Positions 1 to 11,400 of a stretch of 64,000 bases of DNA are shown here, one piece after another (positions within the stretch are counted from its first letter, which is position 1; the number at the start of each line of letters is the position of its first letter). The DNA comes from Carpediemonas membranifera BICM (Eukaryota; Protista; Fornicata). Location: positions 682,001-746,000 of the forward strand of contig JAHDYR010000012.1 of the NCBI GenBank assembly GCA_019828565.1, read 5' to 3'. The position numbers were made by a program, and so were the translations under genes. A model generated the notes under the pieces. It did no database searches. It saw only the letters and a list, made by a program, of their open reading frames with translations, and was not told the DNA's origin.

Positions 1-967
1 AGTGTCCACCAACGCCCATCGGTTGATAGTCGACGTCAGGCTTTGAAAGGCTTGGTCGACATCAAGGTGGCTGATGTTCCTCAGGAGAGTCCTCGCCTTT
101 CGATGATCCTTGCTGCATTCAAGTACGTTAGCCACATGTCTTTCGTTGAGGACTGCTGTTGCCTTGCTCCTCGTGCGAAAGTAACCCGTTATGCCTGATC
201 TTGCTACAACCGCTCTGTGTCCTTTGGGTTCAAGGGATACTGTGAGCGGCTTCTTGATGAGATCAGCCAGCTTAGGTGTTGCTGCGATGCCATCAATTAC
301 TCTGTCCATGAAGGTCGGGCCGTCGGGCACTACCAGTCTCAAGCCACACTCCTTTAGGGTGGTAGCCCACAGCGTCGATGGATCTAGTAGGTTCGTGTTG
401 AAGTCTCCCATGACAAGAACTTGGAGCCCTTGCTCAATAGCTTTCTTCACCTCGGAGGACAGTAGAGTGTGGAACTCTTTCTTGGCTTGTGCTCCCGTGC
501 ATGGACTATAGATGGACATGACACGGACCTTCAGTTTGCCAGCTGTTACAAACACGCAGCCTAGGTCAGCTTGAATCAACCTTGGAGAGTGGGGTTGGTT
601 CTCGACGTATGTGCAGAGCTCAGCTAATTCCTTCCTCAGCATGATGCCTACGCCTAGATGCTTTGTCTCGGACTCTGACTTGATCACTCCGTGGTATAGC
701 AGGACCTTGTCATTCGTTGTGGGCAGCTCCGGGGACTGGGCCCACCACCATAGCTCCTGAATGGCCATGATGTCCACGTCTTGTACTAGAGCAAGAGTCA
801 TCTTGGTGATGTTGAGTGATGTGCAATTCCACGAGTAGAGGTGACCATTTACTGGTCGTCTACCTGCTTGACTTCGCCCTCTCTGATTCCTGAAGGTCGC
901 AGGCGAGACTCGCGTGGCTAAGCTTGGAGCTGGCGTGGAAGAAGCCGGTGGCTCAACCTTACTCCAG

Positions 968-3900
968 TTACCGTCGTGAGCTCGGGCACTCTGGAGAGCT
1001 TTGAACACCGGAGAAAGGTCCCACGCTTCGCTGACCCATGCTGTTTCTGCCTTCTGTATGAGGGCATCCATGTCTCCCTCGAGTCATGGGCCCTCTCAGT
1101 CTGACTTTGCGGAGCCCTCGCACTGGCTTGTTGGGGATTCTCGGGACTAGAAACCAATGATCCGGCGCTCTGTAGGACCTCTTGACTACTCCTTTGGAGT
1201 TGTCTGCCGAGGGAGGAACGTTGAGAGCCAGAAGCTCTGCAGCAGATTGCGGTAGGTCTCGGTGAGGAGGGCACTCCCAGTAAACTTGCTGAGCCGTCAA
1301 CTGATTGCTGAAGGAGCTGTCGTTATTCACCGTCGCTATCCTGATGAATGGCTGTTCTAGGCTGTTTGGAGGGACTATGCCTGCCGCATCCGCCACCGCT
1401 ATCATCTTGGCAAGAGGATCAAACCATTCCCACCCTCGCCGAGCTGGGCTCCGCACTGCAATAAATTGACGGCACGTCATAGCCTGTCTGGCCCTATCAC
1501 CTGTGGGGAAGGAGCAGCCACCCTTAGGTGCTATTACGTACTCCTTGAGGATGTGGTGCAGCTCCTCAAGCGTTGGCAGGTGGAGGTCTTGGAGTAGTAG
1601 CACGGCCAGGTCGGGCAGGAGAGAGGACCAGTTGCCGATGAGGACATCCAAGTCTTTCCTCCATGCATCAGTGATTTCAGAGTACGTGGATGTGATAGCT
1701 CCCCTAGATGTTCGGTCGAGACATGAGACTGTGTGCAGTACCGCCGCGAAAGCTACAGTGTCACTGAGAGCACAATGGTAGCCTGGATCTGTTCCAATGT
1801 GGTACGGGCAGGGGCACTTCACCATTGTGAGACATTGGGCTATCGACATCGCCTCAGAGAACTCGGGTGAACGGCAGTAGTCATGGATATGCCCAAAGGA
1901 TCTTTTGTCTATGGACTCTAGATCACTTATGTCATAGACCTTGTCAAGGAAGGGGGCATCGCTTTCCGAGACCCATGACTCTAGGACGGAGTTCTCAAGT
2001 CTCGGGTCTTTGGCGACCATGATGCAGTTCGGGAGGGAGCTCACTATGACCGTGAGGTGGTGAAGCCAGTCGGTCGGGCTGGGGAATGAGATCCCGGGGT
2101 GGTCGGGGTGTACTCTGAAGCTCATGGGAGGACACCCATGAACAACTGCCGCTTGGTATAAAGCTGTCTGCATTAACTGCGCTGGGATATCAACTTCTAA
2201 GCCGCCCCAGTGGACCCCTGCGACGTCCCACATCATTATCCCCGTTTCAGGATCCTTGACGCGGGCTAGGAGTGTGGCGCCGGCCTCTACGGGATATGAG
2301 ACGCGACTCTGTTTGGTGGCTCTGCGGTCTACGGCAGTTCCTAGTCCTTCAAAGTCGACCACTAGGATATGAGAAACAGGACCCTCTCTCTTGCCAGACA
2401 AGCCTATGAGAGCGCCATGGACGCCATCACGGTTGTTGCGGGCCACACTAGAGGGGGCGCTATCGAGGCCTTCAGCGGCGATGTTGTTGCGGGCCACACT
2501 AGAGGGGGCGCTATCGAGGCCTTCAGCGGCGATGTTGTTGCGGGCCACACTAGAGGGGGCGCTATCGAGGCCTTCAGCGGCGATGTTGTTGCGGGCCACA
2601 CTAGAGGGGGCGCTATCGAGGCCTCCAGCGGCGATGTTGTTGCGGGCCACACTAGAGGGGGCGCTATCGAGGCCTCCAGCGACGATGTTGTTGCGAGCCA
2701 CACTAGAGGGGGCGCTATCGAGGCCTTCAGCGGCGATGTTGTTGCGGGCCACACTAGAGGGGGCGCTATCGAGGCCTTCAGCGGCGATGTTGTTGCGAGC
2801 CACACTAGAGGGGGCTCTTCTTGGACGATATTCAGCATATTGCAGGCGCCTTGCTTCTGCGCTCCTCACAGACGGAAAAAGAGGCGTGAAGTGCAGAGCA
2901 CTCAGTCTAATGAGGATGTAATCGGTTTTGAGCATCGTTTTGAGCGCGTCAATATTGAGAGGAAGTGTAGAGAACTCGGATAATGCTGGGATGGTTACTG
3001 AGACTGTGTTGGCATCATATCGATGAGCAATAAGCACATTTTTTCCAAAGAGCGATGCAATATTGCGGAGGTCTGTGGTGGATAGGAAGGCACTACCAAT
3101 GTCGCTAGCGGTGGTGTGTGTGGTTAAAGTGCGCACCGTGGATCTCCACGAGGAGTTAAGATCCACTGTACCATTCTGGATGGCGGAGGCAAGTTTCGAC
3201 ACGGCTTCTCGTCTCGTCAGGCCCGTCATACCCAGAGAGACAGCAAGTGAGTGAAGGCCACAGTTGCCGTCGGCGTGAACTGGGATGCTCATGAGAGGGC
3301 CCCAACGGGCGTTAGGCTCCTCAGCTACGATCGGGGATGATGGATAAATGCTGTTCTCTTCGCAAGACGATATTTCTTTCCGAATCTGCCGCGCAACCTC
3401 TTCCACGCTAACAGGGATCGGGCTTGCGAGCTCAACATCAGAGTTTGAACAGGAACTTATGGATATAGTAGAGTCATCGACTGGATAGGCCTTCCGGCGA
3501 ATGGGAGAGATAAGGCTGTCTGATAAGGTATTCGATAAGGAAGACTGAAGGTCGGCCGCTGTGGCTCCACCCCATTCGGCATAAAGCTCAGTCATCGCAT
3601 GTCCTCCCAACACGGGAGAGGCGCCATACAGTAAGTGGATTACCTCGAGGCCCATGAACGGCGTGAGGTTGAGACCATCCGGAGATACAATGGGGCCGGG
3701 CCGGCCGGAGTGAGCGATGCGGGGACCAAGAGGCTCTCTTTGACCGACTGCCTGCCATGTCAGGCTCGGAGAGTTCGGGACAGTGGATATGGTTGGAGGC
3801 CAAGGATCGTTCCGTTGGTCTAACACTGTAGGGCATCTGGCGGAGATGAAATCTGCGAACTTGCTCCAGTCCATGCTGCTAGCTGGGGGAGTCCCGTGAA

Positions 3901-4365
3901 CCTGCAGTGGATTAGGGCAGCCTTAAGCGTTCCAACCGTGTGGACAAGATCATAGGCAATGAGGGGAAAGAGTTTGAGGATACCTTCCCGGATGGAGAGC
4001 CCAAATGCAGCTGCAAGGTGCTCAGCATCTTGGAGTAGGTCATTACAGGCATCCTTAGCCCGCTTATAGCGGGCGTTGTCCCGTTTTAGGTTTGGGATTG
4101 CCACCGAGACGAAATTGCCCGTCGATGAGTGTGTTGCAAGCTCAGTTTTGAAGGGATGGATGATTACGGGGTCCCCAATAAAGGCAATGCCTGCTAGTAG
4201 TTGTCTTTTGAGGACAGGAGGGGCGGATGAAACATATTTGAGGTGCTTCCTCGTCAGGAAGCGTTGGTCGGCGATACTGCTTTGAGCAGCAGTGGTACTT
4301 TGTGGTTGCGGACCAGTGTCTTTCGCTAAGATTGGGCCTCTGTAGCCAGAACTACTTTTGCCCAT
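968..4365 (-). CDS. N-terminal half of the LINE polyprotein: unknown N-domain, OTU-like cysteine protease, 17-aa repeats, DEDDh/Maelstrom-like nuclease (apparent frameshifts at ~3887 and ~1077)
   Basis: ORFs 3820-4365 and 968-3874 join if the G5 run at ~3885-3889 is G6. OTU motifs VHADGNCGLHSL…LHFTPL; nuclease motifs VVDFEG…PVEAG…HG…CPYH…HCALSD. The extra C at ~1077 is absent in copy 2, where the frame runs on into APE. Confidence 0.8.
2432..2815. repeat. Tandem repeat with a 51-bp unit, about 7.5 copies, encoding APSSVARNNIAAEGLDS on the minus strand
   Basis: gagggggc recurs at 2451, 2502, 2553 … 2808 (period 51). Confidence 0.97.
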
Positions 4366-4380
4366 GGTGCGGAAAAAAAT

Positions 4381-7370
4381 TGTTCGAGAGTAAACGTGAA
4401 TTCGTTCATCGTAATGCGCCAGCGAGCGATCTTCGCGTTCTGAGGGTACTTCTTCCGGATAAATACCAGGTTACGGTGATCGGTGTGGACGTGGAGCTTG
4501 GGATGGCACTTCAGGAGCGGCGTCAACTCGGAGGAGGAGAGGGCGTGTAGGATTCCATATAACTCCTGCTCATATGTGGACCATGCCTTCTGTGTGGTCG
4601 TGAAGCTCTTGGCGAAGAATGCCACTACTTCAGCGTCCGGCGCGTCGGGTCGGCCTTGGATAAGTACACCGCCTACTCCCCTGCGTTGAGGCGTCGGTGA
4701 ACAGATGCCACTCCTTCGACAGGTCGGGATAGGCCAGGGTGACCCGGGAGCGGACCTGCTCTTTAAGGCAGGTGAGGGCATGCTCGTGGCGAGCCTCCCA
4801 GGTGATGGTGACCGTCTTGCTGCGGTTCTTGGAGCCTGCCTTTGCGGGGACGCCAGCCAAGAGCTCCGACAGCGTCGCGAGGTGTTTCTGAGCTTGGGGG
4901 AGGTGTCGGGCCACATAGTTGAACTTACCCAGCACCATGCGCAGCTCCTTCAGGTTGCAAGGGCTACGGAGCTCCGTGAGAGCCTTGATGCGGTCTTCGG
5001 TCACTCTGATGCCCTGTTTGTCCATGATGAACCCAACAGAAGTGATCTCTGAGGCACCGAGCGTGCATTTGGCGGCTCCGAGGCGGAGGCGGGCCTTCCG
5101 GAGGAGCTCGAAGACGCAGCCAAGGATCGTCATGAATTCCTTGGGAGACCTAGCATAGATGAGGACGTCGTCTAGGTATACTTCCACGCCACGGTGGAGC
5201 ACGGGTGCTAGTACTGTTTGCATGATGCGTTGGAAATAGGACGGGGCACGGGTGAGGCCGAAGGGGACCCGGCGGTACTGGAAGTATCCGTCGGGTGTGA
5301 CAAAGGCTGACAGCGGACGGTCTTCCTCTCGAAGTGGGGCCTGGTGATAGCCTTGCTTGAGGTCTAGCGAGGCAAACACCGTGCAGCCTGCGGCTGCGCG
5401 AAGGAACTCCCGGATGTTAGGTAGCGGGAAGTTGTCTGGCGGCGTCAGGCGGTTGATCTGCGTGTAATCAACGCACAGTCTCATGCGTCCGTCCTTCTTC
5501 CCGACCACAACAATGGGGCTGGCCCAAGGGCCTTGGCTCGGCTCGATGATGCCGGCCTGAAGGAGGCGCTCGCATTCAGCATCGACTGCGTCTCTGGCCT
5601 GCGGGGCAAGACGGCGCGGTGCAGACTGGACTAGAGGGGCATCTTCCGCGATGGGGATGTGCATCGGTGGCACATTGGCGCCCTCTGGGGGAATATCGCT
5701 GAAGAGCTCGGCGTATTGATTCACGAGCTCAACTATCTCCGGGCGGAGGTCGTCGTTCGGGATCTGAATGAGCGATAGCGGGTCCTCGGTGGCTGGAGCG
5801 ATGGAGAACACAGGTAGCGGGATATCGTCATCCTTGGGGTTGTCGGGCTGGGCGCTGAGCTTCAGGAAAAGCTCGTCCTTACACAGGACTCCCAGGCTCC
5901 GTAGCGTGTCGGTCCCAATCAGAACCTTCTGAGATTGTCCGGGAATGACGGCGGCGATGATCGTGGTGTGGACCGGGCTACCGACTAGGGTGGCAGTGAG
6001 GGAGGTCTCGATGAACTCATCCACAGATAGGGTACTGCCGAAGGCCGGGGTGGCCGTGATGGGCTCTCGGGCGACGAGTTTGGCGCTCTTGGCCTCAAGA
6101 AGCATGTGCGCGAGAGGCTCGGTGATACATGTGACGGAAGCACCGGTATCGATGATGGCGCGCATAGAAATGTCACCGATCGCGGCTTCCACGGTAAGAG
6201 GTCCCGTGGACGCGGAGGTATCACCGTCTAAGAGGAAAACCTCATGATCTTCGACCTGTTCTCCATTATCGAGGGTGTTCACCACGCGAGGGGCACTTTG
6301 GCGAGCGGTGTTGCCTCTGGCGGGGCGAAGGGATCCATTCTCTCGGTTCCATGCTCTGCGGCCTGCGCGATAATCGGGAGCCCTGAAATTTCCAGGGGAT
6401 TCGCGTGGCTGGGCGAAGGTCTGGCGTCTCTGGTCGGGATTATTCCGCGGCTGATCCTGGCGGCCCGGGTTGGGTCCGGTCAGCGGCTTGGGACGATAGG
6501 GGGTTATGGGGCCCTGACGCTGCGGCCCAGTGGGGGCATGGCCCCGACCCGCGTAGTATCCGAAGCGCTGGGCCTTCTCGCGGGCCTCGTCATCTTCGTC
6601 CGCGATCTTGAGAGTTAGCTGGATGAGGTCCTGCAGAGAGGACGGACGTTCTACACGTTGGGCATAGTCAACGGCATCTCTGAAGGCGGCGGGCCTCAAG
6701 CCCTGCGCAAAGATGCGCTGATGAGCCCGAGAGGCCGACGTGGTCTCGCTGGCGGCCGGAACGGTGGTATCGGCCGGGGGCTCTGGTTCGGTGCCGTCAG
6801 TGTTCCCGGCGAGGATGGATTCGTCCGCCTCAGGGGTAGCTGGCGGGGTGGCCATGAACTCCGCAGAGCCCAGGACATCTGTAAACGCACGAGCATAAGC
6901 TCGGATAAGGTTGGCGCGCGACACGGCGTGGTTCGCATCCACCTGGCACTTCACGGCCTCCAGACGGAGGCGGAGGTCTTGAGGGTCTCGGGGCGCCAAG
7001 AGCTGGTTAACCCAGCGGATTACGTCGTCGTCGGACTGGGAGGCCAGCGAAACGTTGTGCTGGACCTCTAGGGCACCTTGGAGTTCAGCGTCTAGGAAGG
7101 CAGCGTATGTGGCTGCGGGGTAGAAGATTTTGAACTGGATCATCGTTCTCTTGAAGTTGGCCCAGGTCTTTGGGCTCAATTCTTGTAGTGCTAGTTTAGG
7201 AACCGGCACAGGAACGTTCTGCATCAAACTAGTATTAATACTGTTCGTTTCGCAGACGAAACGGGGGGTGAAGCTTTACAAGCAAAACAAAAAGACGATT
7301 CGGGACCCTGCCCGGGGATCGGATCGGATCATCAATCAAATAAATATTTGATAGAAGTGCCGCGCTGACA
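4381..7370 (-). mobile_element. Ty3/Gypsy element G1 (5' LTR, gag, protease, RT, RNase H); interrupted by LINE copy 1
   Basis: IIDTGAS protease; RT LDLKQGYHQ…PFGL…YLDD; RNase H FTDAS…QELYGI…TDHRNL, with a frameshift in a homopolymer at ~4680. ATG at 7224. Confidence 0.92.
7242..7370 (-). repeat. Putative 5' LTR of G1 (129 bp, TG…CA)
   Basis: Minus strand TGTCAG…GAACA, bounded by the same palindrome as G2 on the inside and by DIRS RT coding sequence on the outside. The partner LTR is not in the window. Confidence 0.72.
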
Positions 7371-7663
7371 CCGTAGCGAAGATTATCAAGCGCCATTGCC
7401 GCGGTGTAGGAGTTGCCGTCTATCTGGACGACCTTCTATTCTTCGGGAAGAAGAAGGCCCTTCTGCGCGAGCGCCAGCGCCTCCTGGACATCATGAATCA
7501 GCTAGGCTTTATCATCAACCACGACAAGTCAGTCCTAGAGCCCACCACAGTCCTGACATACCTCGGCATGCGCATCGACTCAGCTGCTCGGGTCATTTCC
7601 CTAGACTCGAAGAAGCGCAGCAGATACCGCCAATTCCGCCCCCCCAGGAGAATTCATAAGTGA
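7371..7663 (+). pseudogene. C-terminal fragment of a DIRS-type reverse transcriptase (host of the G1 insertion)
   Basis: Manual translation: VAKIIKRHCRGVGVAVYLDDLLFFG…LGFIINHDKSVLEPTTVLTYLGMRIDS. It resembles the RTs at 17069 and 59485. Confidence 0.8.
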
Positions 7664-7687
7664 ATGTGAGTGTCTGCCTAGTCAGAC

Positions 7688-7913
7688 GCATATCATCGAT
7701 ATGTAAGCTATCACGCCTCGGGCGTGGCTCACGCCCTGACACTGCTGGGTCAGGGTGTGTCAGAACAGGATTCCGGAGACACGAGAAAGATGGACAAAAT
7801 ATTTAGAAAATCTCGAAAGATATGATTGTGGATACGGTCTTGATCCGTCCCGATCGCGAGCAGATCGTATCCCTCCAGCAGAAACCGTGAGGATGGCCGA
7901 AGGCGACGCGGAT
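7688..7913 (+). repeat. D1 repeat A1
   Basis: Repeated at 25237-25462; includes the first 7 codons of ORF1. Confidence 0.92.
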
Positions 7914-8432
7914 AACGCTGATCCGCCGCCTGTCACCATGGAGAGCCTTGCTGAGCTCATACAACAGCAGCAGAACGTCATTACGGCACTCCGTTCGGAG
8001 GTTTCATCGGTTAAGGACAGTACACGGGACCCGAGACGCCCGTCTCGGATAGGAGCCGTTGCTAAGGAGTACGACCACCTCCGCGAGACACTTGCCGACA
8101 TCAGAGGTATCCTCAACAACCCGGAGATGACGCGCGTCAACCAGATCGAAGCCGCGATAGAGGCGGTCTTCGAGCGCAGGCTCGAGTTCCTACGGCTATA
8201 TGACAGCCACTCCGACACCGCTGCGCGCTACTTCATGGCTATTTCGAGAGAAGAACGAGACGCGCAACGCTTCGTAGTGCTGGCCGCCAAGGCGGCCAAG
8301 GCCACTCCACCGCCTCCTCGACCCAAGCGGTTCCAGAGAGGCTTCGGCGGCTTCAGCCGCAACTCTCCCCGCTTCAACAACAACAACCGTCGTGCCCCGG
8401 CAACCGACCTCGGACCGGGGCGGGCCCAGTAG
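7893..8432 (+). CDS. D1 ORF1, gag-like protein
   Basis: ATG 7893 to TAG 8432; coiled coil plus basic C-terminus; first ORF after A1. Confidence 0.75.
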   Translation: MAEGDADNADPPPVTMESLAELIQQQQNVITALRSEVSSVKDSTRDPRRPSRIGAVAKEYDHLRETLADIRGILNNPEMTRVNQIEAAIEAVFERRLEFLRLYDSHSDTAARYFMAISREERDAQRFVVLAAKAAKATPPPPRPKRFQRGFGGFSRNSPRFNNNNRRAPATDLGPGRAQ

Positions 8433-11400
8433 AGGCCAGAGAAGGGTTAAGCCTGAACCCGATGACTATAAAAGGCTCGATATACTTCGAAGAGTTTTAT
8501 TGCAATGGAAAGAGAAGAAGCACAAGAAGATCAGCAAGACACCTCCACCAGTGTATACAGTGTGGCAGTGTGCCAATCAAATATTTTATTTGATTGGCGA
8601 TTCGATCCGCCATTCCGGTCGACACTGTTGTGTCGACTTCTCTTTGACTAAAGCACCAAGTTGTTTTTCCGTCCTCTCGAGCACAGTATTAATACTCTCC
8701 ATCATGGTGTTGCCTACTCCCATAGAGCAGCCCAGTATCCCCTTGGCCGGTCTTTCCGCCGACTCCTGGCGGGCCGCCAAGCGCTCATTCAGAAAGTTCC
8801 AGGTATACTACCCCGAGGCCAAGATCTCCCTGTTTTTAGACGACGACCTCTACAACGCCCTCGAGCTCCAGTTCGATGCCGATCTGGACACGCTCACTGA
8901 CGAAGAGGTGGGTCACCTCATCGAGCGTCTGATCGCTCCAAGAGACCTACTCTCACTCAAGGAACGTCTCGATAAGATTGTCTGTGCCGTGGACGCAACG
9001 CACAAGAAGTCTAGAATCGTTCTAGTCCGAGACTATATCCACCGCTTCAACGAGGTTTTTAACCTGCACACCGTACTACAACGTGATGACGACAACGACT
9101 CCGACTCCGAATCCGACAGCAGCTCCGACAGCGACTACGAAGAAGCAGCCATCGTCCCTGTAAGGCACGTCGACGGTGATGCCCCTGATGACGACGATCC
9201 CGATCCTCAATCCCCCTCAGGCTTTCTGAAAGACTGTATGAGGATCTTCACCGACAACCTACGTCCGAAGCCCTTCAAGGAGGTCATGAAGTTCAAGAAG
9301 GCTGAACGCAAGCCCACCGCCATGGATGATCTCCAGCGCCTTGCCCTCCGCGTTGCCAAACGCGACGACAACGCCCGCGAGGAGGCTCTCCGCTACGGCT
9401 ACTACGCCCAGAGCTCCACTCCAGCCAACAATAACGGCAACACCGGGCCCTCGGGTGACAACACCCGGCAGCCGGCACGCCCCTGTCGCCACTGTCAGGG
9501 CAACCACTTCGACCGAGATTGCCCCTCTCGTCAGTCACGTGGTCCCCAGACACAGGTCAACTTCGCGAAAAGCCGCGGAGCCGACGCCCTTAAGGTGCCC
9601 GCCTCATGCGGCACGTCCCACTTCCAAGCCATCATTGACACGGGCGCAGCAATCTCATGCACGAGTGATCGTTACGCAAAGATATGGCAGCTCCCCCGCA
9701 CCAGCATCGACCCCGTGTCGGTCACTCTCGCCGACGGCAGCTCAATCACCGTCAATCAGGCCGTAGATGCGCCCATCCTCTTCACAGGCCTCGCCGGATT
9801 CCCTGTCGCTGTCTCCGTCCGTTTCATCATCCTCCCTGGCCGCCAGTGTCCTCTAATCGGGTGCGACACTCTCAGAGACCTCGGCGTTCTCACTTCAGAC
9901 GGCCTATCGCTTGGGCTCACACACTCTACGCCAGCGGCTGACGACGTCGTCCTCCCAGTGTTCTCGGTGTCCGGATCAAGGCTACAGTCAGCCCTTGCAG
10001 ACTACCGCTCGGGCTGGCAGTCAGTCCAAATACCCTCGGACGAGCTCCGCTCTCGCGTCGTGCCACTTCTGCGAGAGTTCTCAGACATCTTCGAGCCGCT
10101 CGGTCCTGAACCGGCCAACGTTCCCCCATGGTCTTGCACGTCAAGGACGATACCCTCGTGCAGATTAAGCCGCGCCGCCTCTCGCCTGATAACAGGAAGA
10201 AGACGAAGGAGATCGTAGCGGAGCTCGCCCAGAATGGCATCGTCACTCCCTCCAAAGGCCCTTTCGCCTCACCTATCGTCCTCGTCAAGCAGAAAGACAA
10301 GACACGCATGTGCGTCGACTACTCGGAGCTGAACAAGCACCTCGTGGAGGATCACTTCCCGCTACCTAACATCAGAGAGTTTCTGATGTCCATGCGCGGC
10401 GCGAAGTGGTTCGCTGCTCTTGACCTCGTCAAGGGATATCACCAGCTTCCCCTCCACGAAGATTCACAAGCCCTCTCCGCCTTTGTCACGCCAGACGACT
10501 ACCTACAGTACACCCGCGTCCCGTTCGGCCTTGCCTCGGCGCCCTCGTACTTCCAGCGTACCATCCAGGCTGTCATAGCACCCGCCATTGCCACCGGCCG
10601 CTGCAAGGCGTACCTCGACGACATCCTCGAGGCCGCCCACTCAGATGACACGTTCATCGACGACCTGCGCACCATATTCATGGCCTTGCGGGAGCATAAC
10701 CTCAAGCTCTCGCCCGCAAAATGCGTCATCGGCGCCTCCGAGGTCAGATCGGTCGGCTTTATCGTCGACCGAAATGGCATACATGTCGACCCCGACCGCA
10801 TCCAGGCCATCGTCAGCCTCAGGCCCCCCCGGGACCAGTCTGAGTTGAAGTCAATCCTCGGAAAGATCAACTACATCGCACAGTTCCTGCCTGACGCCAC
10901 CAAGTCACTCGCCACACTCAACCGGTCACTCAGAGCCGGCGAGTTCGTCTTCGGCGAGGAACAACTGACTGCTTTTGACGACATCAAGTCCCAGTTGGCG
11001 CTTCACATCAGCCTAACATACCCAGACCTCGATAGACCCTGGCACATTTACACCGACGCTTCATCACTTGGCGAAGGAGGCGTGCTAATACAAGATGAGG
11101 GAGGACGGTACTCGCTCAATTCTGGCCTGTTTCCAGAAGACCTACGACAAGACCATGTCGAATTGGTCAACATACGAACAAGAGTTGCATGCCGTGATCT
11201 CTGTCCTCACCAACAAGGTCTTCGAACCCCTCTTCCAGATCAAGTCTGACCTACATGTCCACACCGACCATAGCAACCTCGTCCAACTCAGACGGAAGGC
11301 CCCGACTGTCAAAAAGCTTCTCCGCTGGGCCCTACGACTATCCGAGTTTCGCTTCACCATTCAGCACGTCCGTGGCGTCGACAACGTCATTGCAGACGTC

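Larger units (their letters stand above)
1..4380 (-). mobile_element. Non-LTR (APE-type LINE) retrotransposon, copy 1: 5' portion (N-terminal region, OTU, repeat linker, DEDDh nuclease, APE); continues beyond the window start
   Basis: 1-1125 matches 62877-64000 except 3 substitutions and 1 indel, and that copy encodes APE and RT. The 5' end abuts the truncated Gypsy RNase H (…EFTFTLE) at about 4381. Confidence 0.88.

Noticed and set aside
1-1125. Identity of the window start and end as a sign of circularity or assembly overlap
   Set aside because: The copies differ at three substitutions and one indel and are explained as two insertions of one LINE family flanking single-copy nuclear genes.
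2432-2815. 51-bp repeat array as a possible CRISPR
   Set aside because: Head-to-tail units without unique spacers, in frame within a protein, in a eukaryotic context with no cas genes.
10120-10130. Programmed gag-pol frameshift sites in the Gypsy elements
   Set aside because: The breaks occur at inconsistent positions, including within RT and RNase H, and mostly in homopolymers. They are better explained as sequencing errors.
8392-10218. 608-aa ORF as one gene (similarly ORFs starting at 16891, 23037, 59358, 4326 and 11255)
   Set aside because: These are chimeric read-throughs across insertion junctions and short stop-free LTRs.
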